Origin: Candidatus Bathyarchaeia archaeon
GTDB taxonomy: Archaea; Thermoproteota; Bathyarchaeia; Bathyarchaeales; Bathycorpusculaceae
Reading direction: 5' to 3'
Length of the DNA stretch: 64,000 bases
Assembly: GCA_049515895.1 (NCBI GenBank)
Contig: JBEKTQ010000007.1
Location: 1 to 64,000, forward strand
The notes below the pieces were generated by a model. It was not told the DNA's origin. It did not search any database and worked only from the letters and a program-made list of their open reading frames with translations. The translations under genes were made by a program, and so were the position numbers. Shown piece by piece: positions 10,457 through 20,082 of the stretch; the stretch's first letter is position 1; each line of letters opens with the position of its first letter.

Positions 10457-11926
10457 CTAGTCTTGCTGGTCTTTGCTTGGCGTACTATGCCCGCCTGGAC
10501 TCTTCTTAACGTGTCTGACCTTGCCCAGTTGTCTAAACGCCCATCTTGTTGCCCCGTATTTCCAAACGAGATGATTCAGCGCCATGCGAGCCATGATTTG
10601 ACTGTGAAAATCTCCCCTTTGCTTCATCCGCAGGTAATAAGTCGGCGTGAAGATTCTGTCGTAAACTGATTTTTTGGTTCGCTCAAGTTTTTCAAGCGGC
10701 AACAGCGTGTTTTTGAAAACTTGCATTTGCTCATGGTACAGGTTCCAGTTTTCCGAAAGTTCCAAGCCTAACTCTTTCACGTAATCGTACAGTAGCGTCC
10801 CAGGGTAAGGAACCGCTTCACACATGTAAACGTAGTCAGGCTTCGTTTTACGGATAAAGTCTGCCGTTTGCTGAAGCATTTCAGGCGTTTCCCCCGGGTA
10901 ACCGATGACGAGGGAGATAGCGACGAGGATGTCGGATTCTTTTGCCAGTTTTATGGCGTTTGCGTTCTGCTCAACAGTGGTGCCTTTCCGCATAGTATTG
11001 AGCATTTGTTGGCTGCCTGATTCAACGCCGAAATGTATGAGTTGGCAGTTTGTGCTACTTAGCTTTGTTAAGAGCTCCTTGGAAACTTTGTCCACTCGTG
11101 TTCGGCAGTCCCATGGAAGATCAAAATTTCTTGCCTTCATTTCGTCGCAGATTGCAATTGCCCGTGGCACGTCAGAGGTGAACGTGTCGTCGTAGAAAGC
11201 GAAGGCTCCTGCTCCAAATGTGTCTCTTAACCATTCAAGTTCGTCGACGACTTTCTTTGGGTTTCTTGCCCTGAATCCTTTTCCGCACATTTTGGACGCC
11301 AAGCAAAAGGCGCAGTTGAATGGGCACCCCCGACTAGTTATGATAGGCATGTAAAGCTTTCCGTTGATTCTGTACCTGCTTACGTCAAAGTGCTTATGGG
11401 CCGGGTAAGGCAGTGCATCAATATCTTCCAGAAAGGGTCTGTCAGGTGTGCGGAAAACTTTGGTTTTCTTTTTGAAAGTGATGCCTAAAACTTCGCTGAG
11501 GCCCTTCAGGTTGCCGTCGGATACTAAGCGTGCAAGCTCCAGCATAGTTTGCTCTCCTTCGCCCCTTACTACGATATCCACGTTTGAGCTGTCGGCGAAA
11601 GTGCGTTCGTCCAAAACCGTAACATGGGGGCCACCGATCATGGTTACGCAATTGGGTACGGCTGCTTTGGCTGCTTTCAAGACTTCTAACGCTGGAAAGT
11701 AAGTTACAGTTGCAGCTGTTGTGCCGACTATGTCGGGTTTAAGGCTTCTGAATTTGTCTTCCAGGTCTTTCTGGCTTAGCTTAGCGACTTGGCAGTCAAC
11801 GACGTCCACTTCATACCCGTTTTGCTCAAGCACAGCCACCAAGTAGCTGATGCCCAGCGGGATGAAGACGGCTTGCGGCACATCCTCTGGGTAAGGTGGA
11901 TTTGCAAGTACTACGTGAGCCTTCAC
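10457..11926 (-). CDS. B12-binding radical SAM protein, copy 2
   Basis: NPPYP..FIPLGISY, GGPHVT, SRGCPFNCAFC, FGVESG. Confidence 0.9.
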   Translation of the reverse strand: MKAHVVLANPPYPEDVPQAVFIPLGISYLVAVLEQNGYEVDVVDCQVAKLSQKDLEDKFRSLKPDIVGTTAATVTYFPALEVLKAAKAAVPNCVTMIGGPHVTVLDERTFADSSNVDIVVRGEGEQTMLELARLVSDGNLKGLSEVLGITFKKKTKVFRTPDRPFLEDIDALPYPAHKHFDVSRYRINGKLYMPIITSRGCPFNCAFCLASKMCGKGFRARNPKKVVDELEWLRDTFGAGAFAFYDDTFTSDVPRAIAICDEMKARNFDLPWDCRTRVDKVSKELLTKLSSTNCQLIHFGVESGSQQMLNTMRKGTTVEQNANAIKLAKESDILVAISLVIGYPGETPEMLQQTADFIRKTKPDYVYMCEAVPYPGTLLYDYVKELGLELSENWNLYHEQMQVFKNTLLPLEKLERTKKSVYDRIFTPTYYLRMKQRGDFHSQIMARMALNHLVWKYGATRWAFRQLGKVRHVKKSPGGHSTPSKDQQD

Positions 11927-12100
11927 GTTGTTTCCCCGACGACTAATGATTCAAATCGGGTTAGCCAATTATTATGTGTTATGCAAAACGAGCACAACAA
12001 GCAATAATGCCTGTAGACTGATGTCTTTGCTTATTTGGTCGGCAATTTGTTCTTTGCGTTTCATGTTGCTTTCCATTTTTAGGGCTTGAAGTGTTTGCAG

Positions 12101-12190
12101 GTTGCGACTCTATTCGACTCCTAACGACTCTGTGCGTCCCTATTCGGCTCCCTGCGACCTTTCCCGACCCTTCCCGTTCTTTTTCGACCG
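12101..12190. repeat. Nine degenerate tandem 10-bp units (consensus NNNNCGACYC) in a divergent intergenic region
   Basis: gttgcgactc tattcgactc ctaacgactc tgtgcgtccc tattcggctc cctgcgacct ttcccgaccc ttcccgttct ttttcgaccg; invariant CG at positions 5-6 of each unit. Confidence 0.8.
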
Positions 12191-12316
12191 TTATTCTGAT
12201 TGAGTTCTTGTCTAGTTGCCTCCATGAATGGATTTATCCTTGGTTTGTCGCTAAATTGAAAGCCTGTAACTAAGGAAAGGGTTTTTATGGCATGTTTTCA
12301 ATAGGCGAAGTACCCT

Positions 12317-13897
12317 ATGCTTGGAGAAAACAGCAGGTTGTCAGCCGATTTAGCTTTGATCAATGCAAACGTCCGAACAATGAATCCTTACCAACCTGTT
12401 GCTCAAGCAGTCGCCGTAAAGAAAAACAAAATCATCTTAGTAGGCACAAATCAAGAAATAAAGTCAGTAATCGGCAAAAAGACCAAAGTAATCAGCCTAA
12501 AAGGTAAAACCGTTACCCCAGGCTTAATTGATACTCATATTCACGTGGCAGACTTTGGAAGATGCCTGTTATGGCTTGACTTAACGCCGGCGGATTCGAT
12601 CAAGGAGCTGAAGCGCCTACTGCAAGAGAAGGCAAAGCAAACGCATGGGGGCAAATGGATTATCGCTCGCGGCTGGGACGAAAACCGCTTCAGCGAGAAA
12701 CGCCTCCCCGAAGTTTCAGATTTAAACGAGGCGGCCCCTGACAACCCTCTCATTCTGTTCCGTGAGGCAGCAATGATATGCGCTGTAAACAGTAAAGCCC
12801 TAACTTTGGCAGGTGTCACGGAGCAAACCGCTGTGCCCCCAGGCGGAGCCATTGACAAAAACCCTCGGACAGGCGAGCTGACTGGTATTTTTCGCGATAC
12901 CGCAACTAGCCTAATCTGGCAAGCGGTTCCTGAACCAACAGTCGACGAGCTTGTGGACGCATCGGCATTAGCTATTCAAAAGATCGCAGAAGCTGGGATA
13001 ACTAGCATTCATTGGATACTAATCTCACGTAACGAGCTTGAGATAATTCAAAGGCTCAGAACAGAAGGAAAACTTCCAATCAGGGTTAACGTTATTGTCC
13101 CCTGCGAGTTTTTGAATGAAACAGCAGGTTTCAAGACAAAGGACCGCTCAATGCTTCGAGTCGGCGCAGTTTTCGTCACAACAGACGGATACTTGGATTC
13201 TAAAACAGCGGCTTTAATGCAGCCATACAGCGACGAGCCAGACAACAGAGGAAAAATGCTCCTAACTGAGCAAGAACTGGCGTCTGCGGTTAATGAGGTT
13301 TTGGGTTTGGGTCTTCAACCTGTGTTACATGCCATGGGGGACAAGGCCATTGACACTGCGCTAAAGGTAATCGAGCAAAATAAACCTGCCAAAGACGTTC
13401 GTTTTCGGCTGGAACAAGCTGCAGTTCTAAATGAGGAATTAATCAAGCGCCTGCAAGCCTCAAACGCCGTTGTTACGGTTCAGCCAACAGTTATTGAAAC
13501 CGAATTCGCGGTTTGGTCAGCCGAAACGCGGCTTGGCCTGAAAAGGGCCGAGTGGCTTCATCCGCTCAAAACCCTGATCAAACTTGGTGTTAAGGTTGCT
13601 GGCGGTTCCGATTGCCCAATGGAGCCTCTAAGCCCTCTGCTCGGTATGGGACAAGCAGTATCAAGAGCCAGCTTCCCTGAGCAACGCTTAACCATTGAGG
13701 AAGCAACTCGTGCGTACACTATTGATGCAGCTTACTGTTCAAGCGAAGAAAACCTGAAAGGTTCTATTGAAGAAGGCAAGGTTGCGGATTTAACAGTGCT
13801 ATCGGAAGATCCATTTACTGTTGCGCCAGAAGAAATTAGTACCATCAGCGTTGAAATGACCATTGTCAACGGAAAAACTGTTTTCAACCGTCATTAA
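12317..13897 (+). CDS. Amidohydrolase family 3 (YtcJ-like) metal-dependent hydrolase
   Basis: TPGLIDTHIH, HAMGD, GGSDCP, GSIEEGKVADLTVLS. Confidence 0.88.
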   Translation: MLGENSRLSADLALINANVRTMNPYQPVAQAVAVKKNKIILVGTNQEIKSVIGKKTKVISLKGKTVTPGLIDTHIHVADFGRCLLWLDLTPADSIKELKRLLQEKAKQTHGGKWIIARGWDENRFSEKRLPEVSDLNEAAPDNPLILFREAAMICAVNSKALTLAGVTEQTAVPPGGAIDKNPRTGELTGIFRDTATSLIWQAVPEPTVDELVDASALAIQKIAEAGITSIHWILISRNELEIIQRLRTEGKLPIRVNVIVPCEFLNETAGFKTKDRSMLRVGAVFVTTDGYLDSKTAALMQPYSDEPDNRGKMLLTEQELASAVNEVLGLGLQPVLHAMGDKAIDTALKVIEQNKPAKDVRFRLEQAAVLNEELIKRLQASNAVVTVQPTVIETEFAVWSAETRLGLKRAEWLHPLKTLIKLGVKVAGGSDCPMEPLSPLLGMGQAVSRASFPEQRLTIEEATRAYTIDAAYCSSEENLKGSIEEGKVADLTVLSEDPFTVAPEEISTISVEMTIVNGKTVFNRH

Positions 13898-13901
13898 ATC
13901 G

Positions 13902-14174
13902 TTAATCGATTTGCGCTTTGTTATGTTGAAGCTTTGTTTGTTCAGCGACGATTCTCCAGAGGAGGAATCCTATGGCACTGACGAAAAACATGATTATTGT
14001 AAATGTGTCCGTCCTTACATTTAGGAGATGGGAAACAGGCTGCGGCAACCACTCAGGGTGGGTTAGCTGAATGACTACGCCATCTAGCCAAGCGGCGAAA
14101 CCGAAGAAGAAGAGCATTTCCCCAAAAGCCTTGACGAGGGCCATTAAACGGCTGAGAGTAGCATTCATGTTCAA
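13902..14174 (-). CDS. Small two-TM membrane protein, hypothetical
   Basis: 90-aa ORF with two hydrophobic segments filling the intergenic gap. Confidence 0.6.
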   Translation of the reverse strand: MNMNATLSRLMALVKAFGEMLFFFGFAAWLDGVVIQLTHPEWLPQPVSHLLNVRTDTFTIIMFFVSAIGFLLWRIVAEQTKLQHNKAQID

Positions 14175-14381
14175 GAGTGTACCAAAACGGCATTATAAAA
14201 CTTGCGAGAACCTTTGACTCGGTAATTTCCCCTATCCTGATTGGCTCTTCCATAGGTTCCTATTTGGAACATCTAGTTAACCCGGGGGTAGGCTGTGACG
14301 AAGAAAAAACCGCCCCAATTGAGTTTAACACTATTTGTGACCAAAATCCATAACAAAAAATAAAACGTCGAGGTCTTGCCG

Positions 14382-15845
14382 CTATTTCATTTTGAGAAGT
14401 ATCTTGACGGTTTTCTTAGGATGGCGAATAGCCCTCCCAATTTTGGCTCTGGTAAAGGTCGGGTTCGCCATGTTTGCTTTCATACATAGTTGCTGCAGGT
14501 CTTCGGCGGAGAACTCCGGCGTCTCAATCAAAGGCTCCGTAGCTGCCAGCGCATAGTCGCAGAAGCCTTCTTTCAGGTAGCCACCCCGTTTCGCTTGCTC
14601 ATAAAGCGCTGTCCCATAGATCGGCATAGCTATGCTGAAAATGAGGCTGTCAGCGCCTAAACTCCTGAGCTTGTAAGCGAACCTTATCGTTTCTTCGATG
14701 TCAGCCTTGGTTTCCCCAATCAACCCTAAAACGAAGAAACAACCCACTTTTATGCCGACTTTTTTGCATAAGATAACCGCTTGCTCAACGGCTTTCAAAT
14801 CTAACCTTTTCCCGATAACGTCGTCGACGATCCGTTGAACGCCTGATTCTGGGGCAACACGGATTTTCTTGCAGCCTGCCCGCTTCATCTTTCGAAGCAA
14901 GGTTTCATCCAGAGTGTCTGCTCTGAGCCCATTAGGGGTAAACCACTCAAGATGCAATCCCCGCTCAACGATCAGGTCGCAGATGTCTGCCATTCGCTTT
15001 TTATCAAGCGTCATGTTCTCGTCGTAGAAGTCAACTTGCTTTATCCCGTAAGTCTTCACCAAGTACTCAAGCTCATCTACGACGTTTTTGGGGCTTCTGC
15101 CACGCCAGGTTTTACCCCACACTATAAAATTCGTGCAGAAAACGCAGCTGTAAGGGCATCCTCTGCTGGTCGTCACAATAGTCCAAGGCTTGCTAATTTC
15201 TCCCCTCAATGGGTTCTCCTTAACCGCCTCATTGTAAACCTTCATTGGAAGCAGATGTCTGGCAGGAAACGGCAGAGAATCCAAATCCGCAATTATGGCA
15301 CGAGGTACCGTGAGCGTCGCCTTTCTCTTATTCCTGAAAGCTAAACCGTTGATGCCGCTGAAATCCCGTTTACCTACCTCCAACGCTTCTACCAGCTCAA
15401 AAACAGTGTTTTCGGGTTCACCAATGACGACAAAGTCAACATCTGCTTCTGAAAGGCAAGCCTCTGGGCGGGCGGAGGGATGCTGACCCATCAAAACGAT
15501 GACGATTTTTTCATTGACTGCTTTTACCCGATGCACGACGTCAAATGCGGTTTTCGACCACCCTGAAAAGGGAATCTCCATAATGACAACATCAGGATTC
15601 CACTGTTTGGTACGTAAGGCTATGGTTTGGTCGCTTAGCCCGACGCGGTACTTGGTTTCATCCAACTCTGTAACGTCCTTCCAGCCCTCTGTTGGGGCGT
15701 CAATGATGGAGACGGCATGCTTCTTCTCTAAGACGGCAGCCACCGAAGCCAAGACTATAGGTGGAAAAACGTTTGGCTTTCCCCACGCTTTAGGCTGGAT
15801 TCGGGGTGGATTAATCAAGCAAACTCGCATGCCATGCACTCTCAA
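14382..15845 (-). CDS. B12-binding radical SAM protein, copy 3 (more divergent subtype)
   Basis: LINPP, GQHPS, IGEPE, SRGCPYSCVFC, APESG. Confidence 0.9.
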   Translation of the reverse strand: MRVHGMRVCLINPPRIQPKAWGKPNVFPPIVLASVAAVLEKKHAVSIIDAPTEGWKDVTELDETKYRVGLSDQTIALRTKQWNPDVVIMEIPFSGWSKTAFDVVHRVKAVNEKIVIVLMGQHPSARPEACLSEADVDFVVIGEPENTVFELVEALEVGKRDFSGINGLAFRNKRKATLTVPRAIIADLDSLPFPARHLLPMKVYNEAVKENPLRGEISKPWTIVTTSRGCPYSCVFCTNFIVWGKTWRGRSPKNVVDELEYLVKTYGIKQVDFYDENMTLDKKRMADICDLIVERGLHLEWFTPNGLRADTLDETLLRKMKRAGCKKIRVAPESGVQRIVDDVIGKRLDLKAVEQAVILCKKVGIKVGCFFVLGLIGETKADIEETIRFAYKLRSLGADSLIFSIAMPIYGTALYEQAKRGGYLKEGFCDYALAATEPLIETPEFSAEDLQQLCMKANMANPTFTRAKIGRAIRHPKKTVKILLKMK

Positions 15846-15882
15846 GCCATAAATACCATGTGGCCTTGATTAAAACTTTGCA

Positions 15883-16878
15883 CTAAATCGGCAAAAAGTA
15901 CAGTCGCACGCCCACGATGATGCCGACGCATATGAGCGCCCACAAAATAATCGTTACATCCCTTATTCGAAGGGCGCCCAAAATCTTCTCACCATTAAGC
16001 GGCTCCTGGCTGTCCCCGAGAGTGTATTGCCCGGGCTTCTCCAACTGAATGCGCAATGCGCCAGCCATCGCCGCCATAGGCCAACCGTGATTTCTGCTTG
16101 GCGTTTTCTTGTGGTCTCTGCGAGCGATTTTCCATGCGTTCTTTGTGTCTTTTCGAAGAATGGCCGCCGCCACTATCATAAGCAGGGCGGTGAGCCTTGT
16201 GGGTATGTAGTTAACCACAGTGTCGAGGTTTGCGCTGAACCAACCCGAGTTGATGTGCTCTTTGTCTTTGAAGCCTACCATTCCATCAAGCGTGTTGATT
16301 GCTCTGAAAGCGATTGCGCCGGTGACACCGAACAGGGCGAAGGACATCATGGGTGAGAGTTTGAAGTCGATTAGGTTTTCAGCCATGGATTCGATGACTG
16401 CACTGCCCATCTGAGGACCGTTGAGGTTTGTTGAGTCTCTTCTTGAGAAATGGCTGTACTTCTTCGTCTCCGCAATCTCATCCCCCTGAATCGCTTTTGC
16501 AACTGCCTTTGCCCAGTCAGTTTCGAGCTTGATGCAGATAGTCATCTTCATGAGTATGATGCCCATAAAAGCGTAGACGAAAATGCTGATGTAAGTGTAG
16601 ATTGCCCACAAGCTAAAATAGACTGGGATGGCAAACGTGCAAATCACTGTCATTGCCAAGAGGACGCCGAGCAGCTTCTCGATTTTTGGATCTGGGTTTT
16701 TGAAGTGCTGCTCGATCTTCTTGGTGTACTTTCCCATTACCACGGTTGGGTGAAGCTTGAAAACCCACTTGTCCGGGTAATTGGGCGATGGGTCACCAAT
16801 AGCCAAATCTAAGACGATAGCAAGAGCCATGATGGCTATGGCAACTAATATGTTCAGGATTAGGACGTTTGGCACCAA
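15883..16878 (-). CDS. cbiB: Adenosylcobinamide-phosphate synthase CbiB
   Basis: GDP...HPTV, IESMAEN, RAINTLDGMVG, PSRNHGWPMAAMAGAL..LEKPG.Y.LG. Confidence 0.9.
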   Translation of the reverse strand: MVPNVLILNILVAIAIMALAIVLDLAIGDPSPNYPDKWVFKLHPTVVMGKYTKKIEQHFKNPDPKIEKLLGVLLAMTVICTFAIPVYFSLWAIYTYISIFVYAFMGIILMKMTICIKLETDWAKAVAKAIQGDEIAETKKYSHFSRRDSTNLNGPQMGSAVIESMAENLIDFKLSPMMSFALFGVTGAIAFRAINTLDGMVGFKDKEHINSGWFSANLDTVVNYIPTRLTALLMIVAAAILRKDTKNAWKIARRDHKKTPSRNHGWPMAAMAGALRIQLEKPGQYTLGDSQEPLNGEKILGALRIRDVTIILWALICVGIIVGVRLYFLPI

Positions 16879-17059
16879 CCAAGATTACGCTAAACATTGC
16901 CGCCAAAAACTAATATCAATTACGGTAGAGAGGCGTTTGCACAATTAATTACAACGGGTGTTGCTTCCATATTCGCATGTTTGGCAGTCGTCTCGATAGT
17001 GTACTCAAGAAAGAAATGGTCTAGAACTGCGGCTGTTGAACAGCTCAGTGGCAGTCTTC

Positions 17060-18475
17060 CTATTTTCTCAACTTTAGTTTAATGTATGCAATCAAGTTAA
17101 AAGCAACGACCAACCCTGTTTGCAGTTTGAATCGTCTTCTTTTGTCGAAGTAGTATCCTCTTCTCAGGTAGAAGTGCATGTAGGCGGCTTCCCGCAGTTT
17201 TCCAAGTTCTTTCATGCTCATTGTCGGCGTTTCAAAGATGGGGTGGCAAGTGTCGTACATGTCAAAGTCCGTGACCTTAAGCCAGCCTTTTTCCTTGACC
17301 ATGTCATACATTGGTGTCCCCGGAAACGGCGTTGCAACGTTGTAGAAGCCCGTATCATGCGGGGATATTTTTTCGACGAACCTGATGGTTTTCCAAGCGC
17401 TTTCCTTTGTTTCTCCTGGGAAGCCCAAAATGACGTTTGGGATAGGCGTCATTCCCATTTCTTGCAGCCAACCGAGAACTTTCATGGTTAATTCGGGGGT
17501 GATGCCTTTCTTCATAGCGTCTAAAACCTGCTGGGACCCTGATTCTACGCCGAACCATACAGTGATGCACCCCGCCTGCTTCATCTTCACAAGCAAATCT
17601 TTTGTAAGCATGTCCACTCTTGTTCCGCAGTTCCACTCGATCTTCAAGCCCCGCTTCGTGATTTCGCGGCATAACTCTTCGGTTCTCGACTGGTCCACGG
17701 TAAATGCGTCGTCGCAAAACGTGAACTTGCTGATGCCGTACGTTTTGTGCAGGAATTCGAGTTCGTCAACGACGTTTTTTGGGCTTCGCATGCGGTATTT
17801 GCGGCCGTGCATTCGTACAGTTGAGCAGAATTCGCACCAGTACACGCAGCCTCGGCTCGTTGCAAGGTAAAGTATGTCTTCTAATTCGCGGAAGCGTTCC
17901 ATAGGCCAAAGATGACGTGCTGGAAACGGCAACGAATCCAAATCTTCAATGTAGGGGCGGTCGGGATTTCTAACGATTTTTCCGTCCTTCCTGCAAGTTG
18001 TTCCAATGACATCGTCGTAGCTTCTGCCTTCCTCAACTCTCTGAGCCAACTCCAGAAGAGTGTATTCGCCCTCTCTTCGAACGACCACGTCTAGTTGTGG
18101 GCATTCCTCAAGCGACTTGTCATCCCAGAATGTAACGTGTGCTCCGCCCGCAACTGTTATGCAGTTGGGGCAGGCCTCTTTTGCGATCTTTGCCAACTTC
18201 ATCGCGGTATTATATGTCAATGTTGAAGAGGTAAACCCAACAATGTCAGGCTGGCGCTTAGCAATCTCATTCCTGAAATCCTCAAAAGATAACTTCAGCA
18301 CCTGGCAGTCAACTACGTCGACCTGGAACTCATTTTTCTCCAATACTGCGCCTAAATATCCGAGGCCCAAAAGCGCAAATGGTAGGTGCATCACAGCCAT
18401 GGCTGGAGCAGCTGGGTTGACTAAGGTTATATGAGGCTTCATTTCATGCTTCACAGCTTCACTATTATCCCTCAA
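17060..18475 (-). CDS. B12-binding radical SAM protein, copy 4
   Basis: LVNP, LGLGYL, GGAHVT, SRGCVYWCEFC, FGVESG, TPFPGT. Confidence 0.9.
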   Translation of the reverse strand: MRDNSEAVKHEMKPHITLVNPAAPAMAVMHLPFALLGLGYLGAVLEKNEFQVDVVDCQVLKLSFEDFRNEIAKRQPDIVGFTSSTLTYNTAMKLAKIAKEACPNCITVAGGAHVTFWDDKSLEECPQLDVVVRREGEYTLLELAQRVEEGRSYDDVIGTTCRKDGKIVRNPDRPYIEDLDSLPFPARHLWPMERFRELEDILYLATSRGCVYWCEFCSTVRMHGRKYRMRSPKNVVDELEFLHKTYGISKFTFCDDAFTVDQSRTEELCREITKRGLKIEWNCGTRVDMLTKDLLVKMKQAGCITVWFGVESGSQQVLDAMKKGITPELTMKVLGWLQEMGMTPIPNVILGFPGETKESAWKTIRFVEKISPHDTGFYNVATPFPGTPMYDMVKEKGWLKVTDFDMYDTCHPIFETPTMSMKELGKLREAAYMHFYLRRGYYFDKRRRFKLQTGLVVAFNLIAYIKLKLRK

Positions 18476-18550
18476 AAATAGCCGTTTGATGCTTAAACAT
18501 TTCGCAATTTAGGCACAGAACGAAACAAAAGAAACTTTTGACGGAATTTC

Positions 18551-19588
18551 TTATTTGTCGGGCCAATATTTCGGTTTCATGTATTCGCTTTCAATTAATG
18601 AAGGGAACAAGTTCAAGGGCCATGCGGGCGGCATCCCTGTCAGGTAAACTTCAGCAGTTTCGACCCCGCCTATTCTCATGATTTTTCCGTTAACTTCAAA
18701 CAGTTTATCGAAATCTTCAAGTGGAATTGCACAATATAGATCATAAGTACCCATCTCTCTTATGATGACTATTACGTTGGGGATTTGAAGTAGCTGCAAG
18801 TATATGTCGGGCATTTTGCTGCGATTCGAAACTTTAATGAACACGTTGGCGAGCGCTTTGTACCCAAGCTTATTTAAGTTGATGGTTATAGTGGAACGCG
18901 GCAACAAGTTTCCTCTGAGCTTCTTGTATCGTTGAATCACCGTCTTGCTTGAAATCTTTAATTGTGCTGCAATACTCTTAAATGGGGTGCGAGACTGCTG
19001 CGTGAGAATTAACGCAATTTTCTTATCAACATCATCGAGGTCGCATGGCGCCTGATTGTTGTTAATTAACGCAGGCTGTTCAACAATTTGAGTATTTTCT
19101 CGGCCCAGCGGTTTTATGAGTAAATTTTGGGGGTACTCTATGTTTACGGCTTCTGCCCAAATAAACGCGTTAACATGTCTGATGTTGGCATTCGACTCCA
19201 AATCTTCAATAACATCGTGCAATTTGTTCAGATCTCGTAAGGCGATTTTTCCCCAAAAACTATAGTGCCCCATCGGGCCTACGAGCTCGCCTATGTACGG
19301 TTTACTTTCAAGAAACTTTTTGACTTCTTCTTCATTTTCAACTGCAGTTATCATTCCTAAATCTGCGATATGCTGATATCCCAAGCAGTGTGGATTAACA
19401 AGCATTTTTTCACCGTTGATTACGCCGTCTCTCCATAAACGTTTATAACGCATCCTAACGGCGGTGACTGTGATTTTGCATTCAGAAGCAATTGCTGTGA
19501 AACTAGTTCGTGACTCTAAAAGCAGACTCTTAAGGATCTTCGCATCAATTTCATCTATTTTTGCTGCCAAATTCGCTGAGCACTTCAC
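18551..19588 (-). CDS. Tandem (two-repeat) Lrp/AsnC family transcriptional regulator
   Basis: Two wHTH starts (IDEIDAKIL..L..ESRTSF..IA; LDDVDKKIA..L.QQSRTPFKSIA), each followed by a RAM-like domain. Confidence 0.85.
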   Translation of the reverse strand: MKCSANLAAKIDEIDAKILKSLLLESRTSFTAIASECKITVTAVRMRYKRLWRDGVINGEKMLVNPHCLGYQHIADLGMITAVENEEEVKKFLESKPYIGELVGPMGHYSFWGKIALRDLNKLHDVIEDLESNANIRHVNAFIWAEAVNIEYPQNLLIKPLGRENTQIVEQPALINNNQAPCDLDDVDKKIALILTQQSRTPFKSIAAQLKISSKTVIQRYKKLRGNLLPRSTITINLNKLGYKALANVFIKVSNRSKMPDIYLQLLQIPNVIVIIREMGTYDLYCAIPLEDFDKLFEVNGKIMRIGGVETAEVYLTGMPPAWPLNLFPSLIESEYMKPKYWPDK

Positions 19589-20020
19589 ACGTTGAAATCT
19601 TATAAGCCAAAACCATACTTGGCGTTTTATATAAAAATTCTCATCTTAACGTTTAAAGATTGTTGCTTTTTGGAGCCGCAAACTCATTTTTTTATGCGAG
19701 CAACAAGAAGCGAGTTTCAAAAGTGCCTGAGAAGAAAAAAACTCTTAAACCGTTTGACTTCGCAACTCTACAGCACACAAGGCATGCTTGGTTTTCGAAG
19801 ACTACAGCACTGATCCACTCTTTGCATCGAAGTCAAAGCAACCAATCAATAGCTAAAACGCAGTAAATTGTACCTCGAGAAAATCAAATGCTGCATAAAC
19901 CAAGTGAGCTCCCTCATAACTTCTAACTTTTTCAGTCAACTTTTTGGTGTAAACCATGAATGTAAAAGATTCAAAAAGAAACTTTCTTATTGCAAAAAAA
20001 GCGCCTATTTGAATGCCCAA

Positions 20021-20035
20021 CAATAGACTTATAAG
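20021..20035 (+). promoter_or_regulatory. Putative archaeal BRE/TATA promoter of the 20083 gene
   Basis: caatagacTTATAAg about 50 nt upstream of ATG; AAGGAG SD at 20067-20072. Confidence 0.4.
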
Positions 20036-20082
20036 CATTTTTGTCCGTAATAATAATCACAAATCTAAGGAGAAAAGAAAAA

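Noticed and set aside
12101-12190. CRISPR array
   Set aside because: Units are 10 bp with no spacers, and there are no cas genes
11972-12225. Two 34-aa minus-strand ORFs (12225-12121 MEATRQ..., 12076-11972 MESNMK...) as RiPP precursors for the radical SAMs
   Set aside because: No leader/core pattern; the first overlaps a 10-nt-period repeat better explained at DNA level; no RRE, peptidase or exporter nearby. Not strictly excluded
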